A program made the position numbers and the translations under genes. From positions 1 through 64,000 of the forward strand of contig CAVSHR010000012.1 of NCBI GenBank assembly GCA_963727625.1: a stretch of DNA of 64,000 bases, in the 5' to 3' direction. The notes under the pieces were generated by a model. The model worked only from the letters and a program-made list of their open reading frames with translations. It was not told the origin of the DNA and ran no database searches. This stretch comes from an uncultured delta proteobacterium (GTDB taxonomy: Bacteria; Desulfobacterota; Binatia; UBA9968). Below are positions 63,216 through 64,000 of the stretch, in pieces (position 1 is the stretch's first letter; every line of letters starts with the position of its first letter).

Positions 63216-63929
63216 TTACATTTCCGGAACGGTTTCCGGATACACCTGTCCCGAATTGCTGATTTTAAACACATAGATTAAGCCGGGCTTTAGTTTGGAA
63301 TAAATTGCGCTTCCGTAGATCGCTTGAATCCCGAGTTGCTTCAATTTTTGCGGATCATTGGATAATTCCCAGATCGCGTTCCAAAAAGTTTGCCGATCTT
63401 TCAAGCGCAATTTTTCCAACAGGCCTTTATATCTCACGGGTTCTTGACCGGCCACTTCGATCGGATAACCCGTATTGGGCGCCATATCCTCGCCGTAGAC
63501 TCGCCGCCACAAATAAAGAGATCGCTCTTTCCCGTCTATGATCAATTGACTGCCGAATTTCACGATCAAGGCGTCGAAATGAACGACATCGCCGTCAATG
63601 GTATATTCCTTTTCGAGAATTCGATTCGATTGGTCATCTCTGGCTGTTTCGACGAATTTTAGAGTTGTTTGCAAATTGCCGTCTTTACGCTCTTGCTTGA
63701 TGACTTTAGCGTAGCCGATTTGATCCTCCTCTGTAAGTCGCGCCAAAGATTCCTTGAGCTGTTTATTTTCCGTCAACAACTCAGCGATAGTCTTGACACC
63801 GAAATAACCCGTTGCGGCGATAATTCCCACAACGATGAACGCCATGATCACGACAACTTTGACAAACACATTTCCTCTCTCTGTTCCTTTTAATTTAAGT
63901 TTCATTGCTCGCTTCTCATAATTATCCAT
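63216..63929 (-). CDS. Hypothetical membrane-anchored protein (TM + coiled coil + globular domain)
   Basis: Intact 237-aa ORF with a hydrophobic N-terminal helix, ENKQLKESLARL and VHFDALIVKF...SLYLWRRVYGE; more AT-rich than its neighbours. Start may be 63905. Confidence 0.75.
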   Translation of the reverse strand: MDNYEKRAMKLKLKGTERGNVFVKVVVIMAFIVVGIIAATGYFGVKTIAELLTENKQLKESLARLTEEDQIGYAKVIKQERKDGNLQTTLKFVETARDDQSNRILEKEYTIDGDVVHFDALIVKFGSQLIIDGKERSLYLWRRVYGEDMAPNTGYPIEVAGQEPVRYKGLLEKLRLKDRQTFWNAIWELSNDPQKLKQLGIQAIYGSAIYSKLKPGLIYVFKISNSGQVYPETVPEM

Positions 63930-64000
63930 TGATCGCCGTTTGACTCGTTCCGCGTCCCACGCGATCTTAGGACACCCAGGGCTTTGAGGCAGCTCGGCCA

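Overview
The window has three segments. (1) 1-~8355 is high-GC, heavily frameshifted mobile/defence DNA: DUF2924, a large serine recombinase, a small accessory ORF, a WYL (BrxR/CapW-like) regulator and a type I R-M operon (hsdR, hsdM, truncated hsdS). It ends abruptly at a point that also truncates a comF-like gene on the other strand, so it may be a chimeric join. (2) ~8355-51200 is clean chromosomal DNA of a deltaproteobacterium-like organism; Ca. Binatia is a guess from gene content. It holds rplU-rpmA-obgE-proB-proA-nadD-rsfS-gpmI, two lemA operons, ABC transporters, ligB-GDT1-ligA, mltD, gltA, sthA, corA and a macrodomain-grdC-grdA cassette in which grdA has an in-frame UGA at its Sec position. 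(3) ~51300-64000 is a decaying accessory region with a merA-less mer-like heavy-metal locus, a KdpDE-like pair facing a USP plus Kup-motif APC-USP transporter, and an internally deleted type ISP R-M gene. The most notable signal, missed by the ORF track, is three in-frame UGA codons at conserved Cys/Sec positions, each followed by a hairpin: GrdA (CxxU), a Tat-signal PCYCGC protein (UxxC) and a MerP/HMA protein (GMT-U-xx-C). Two of them lie in the metal locus, suggesting selenol-based metal capture. All family calls come from motif recognition by eye; no searches were run.
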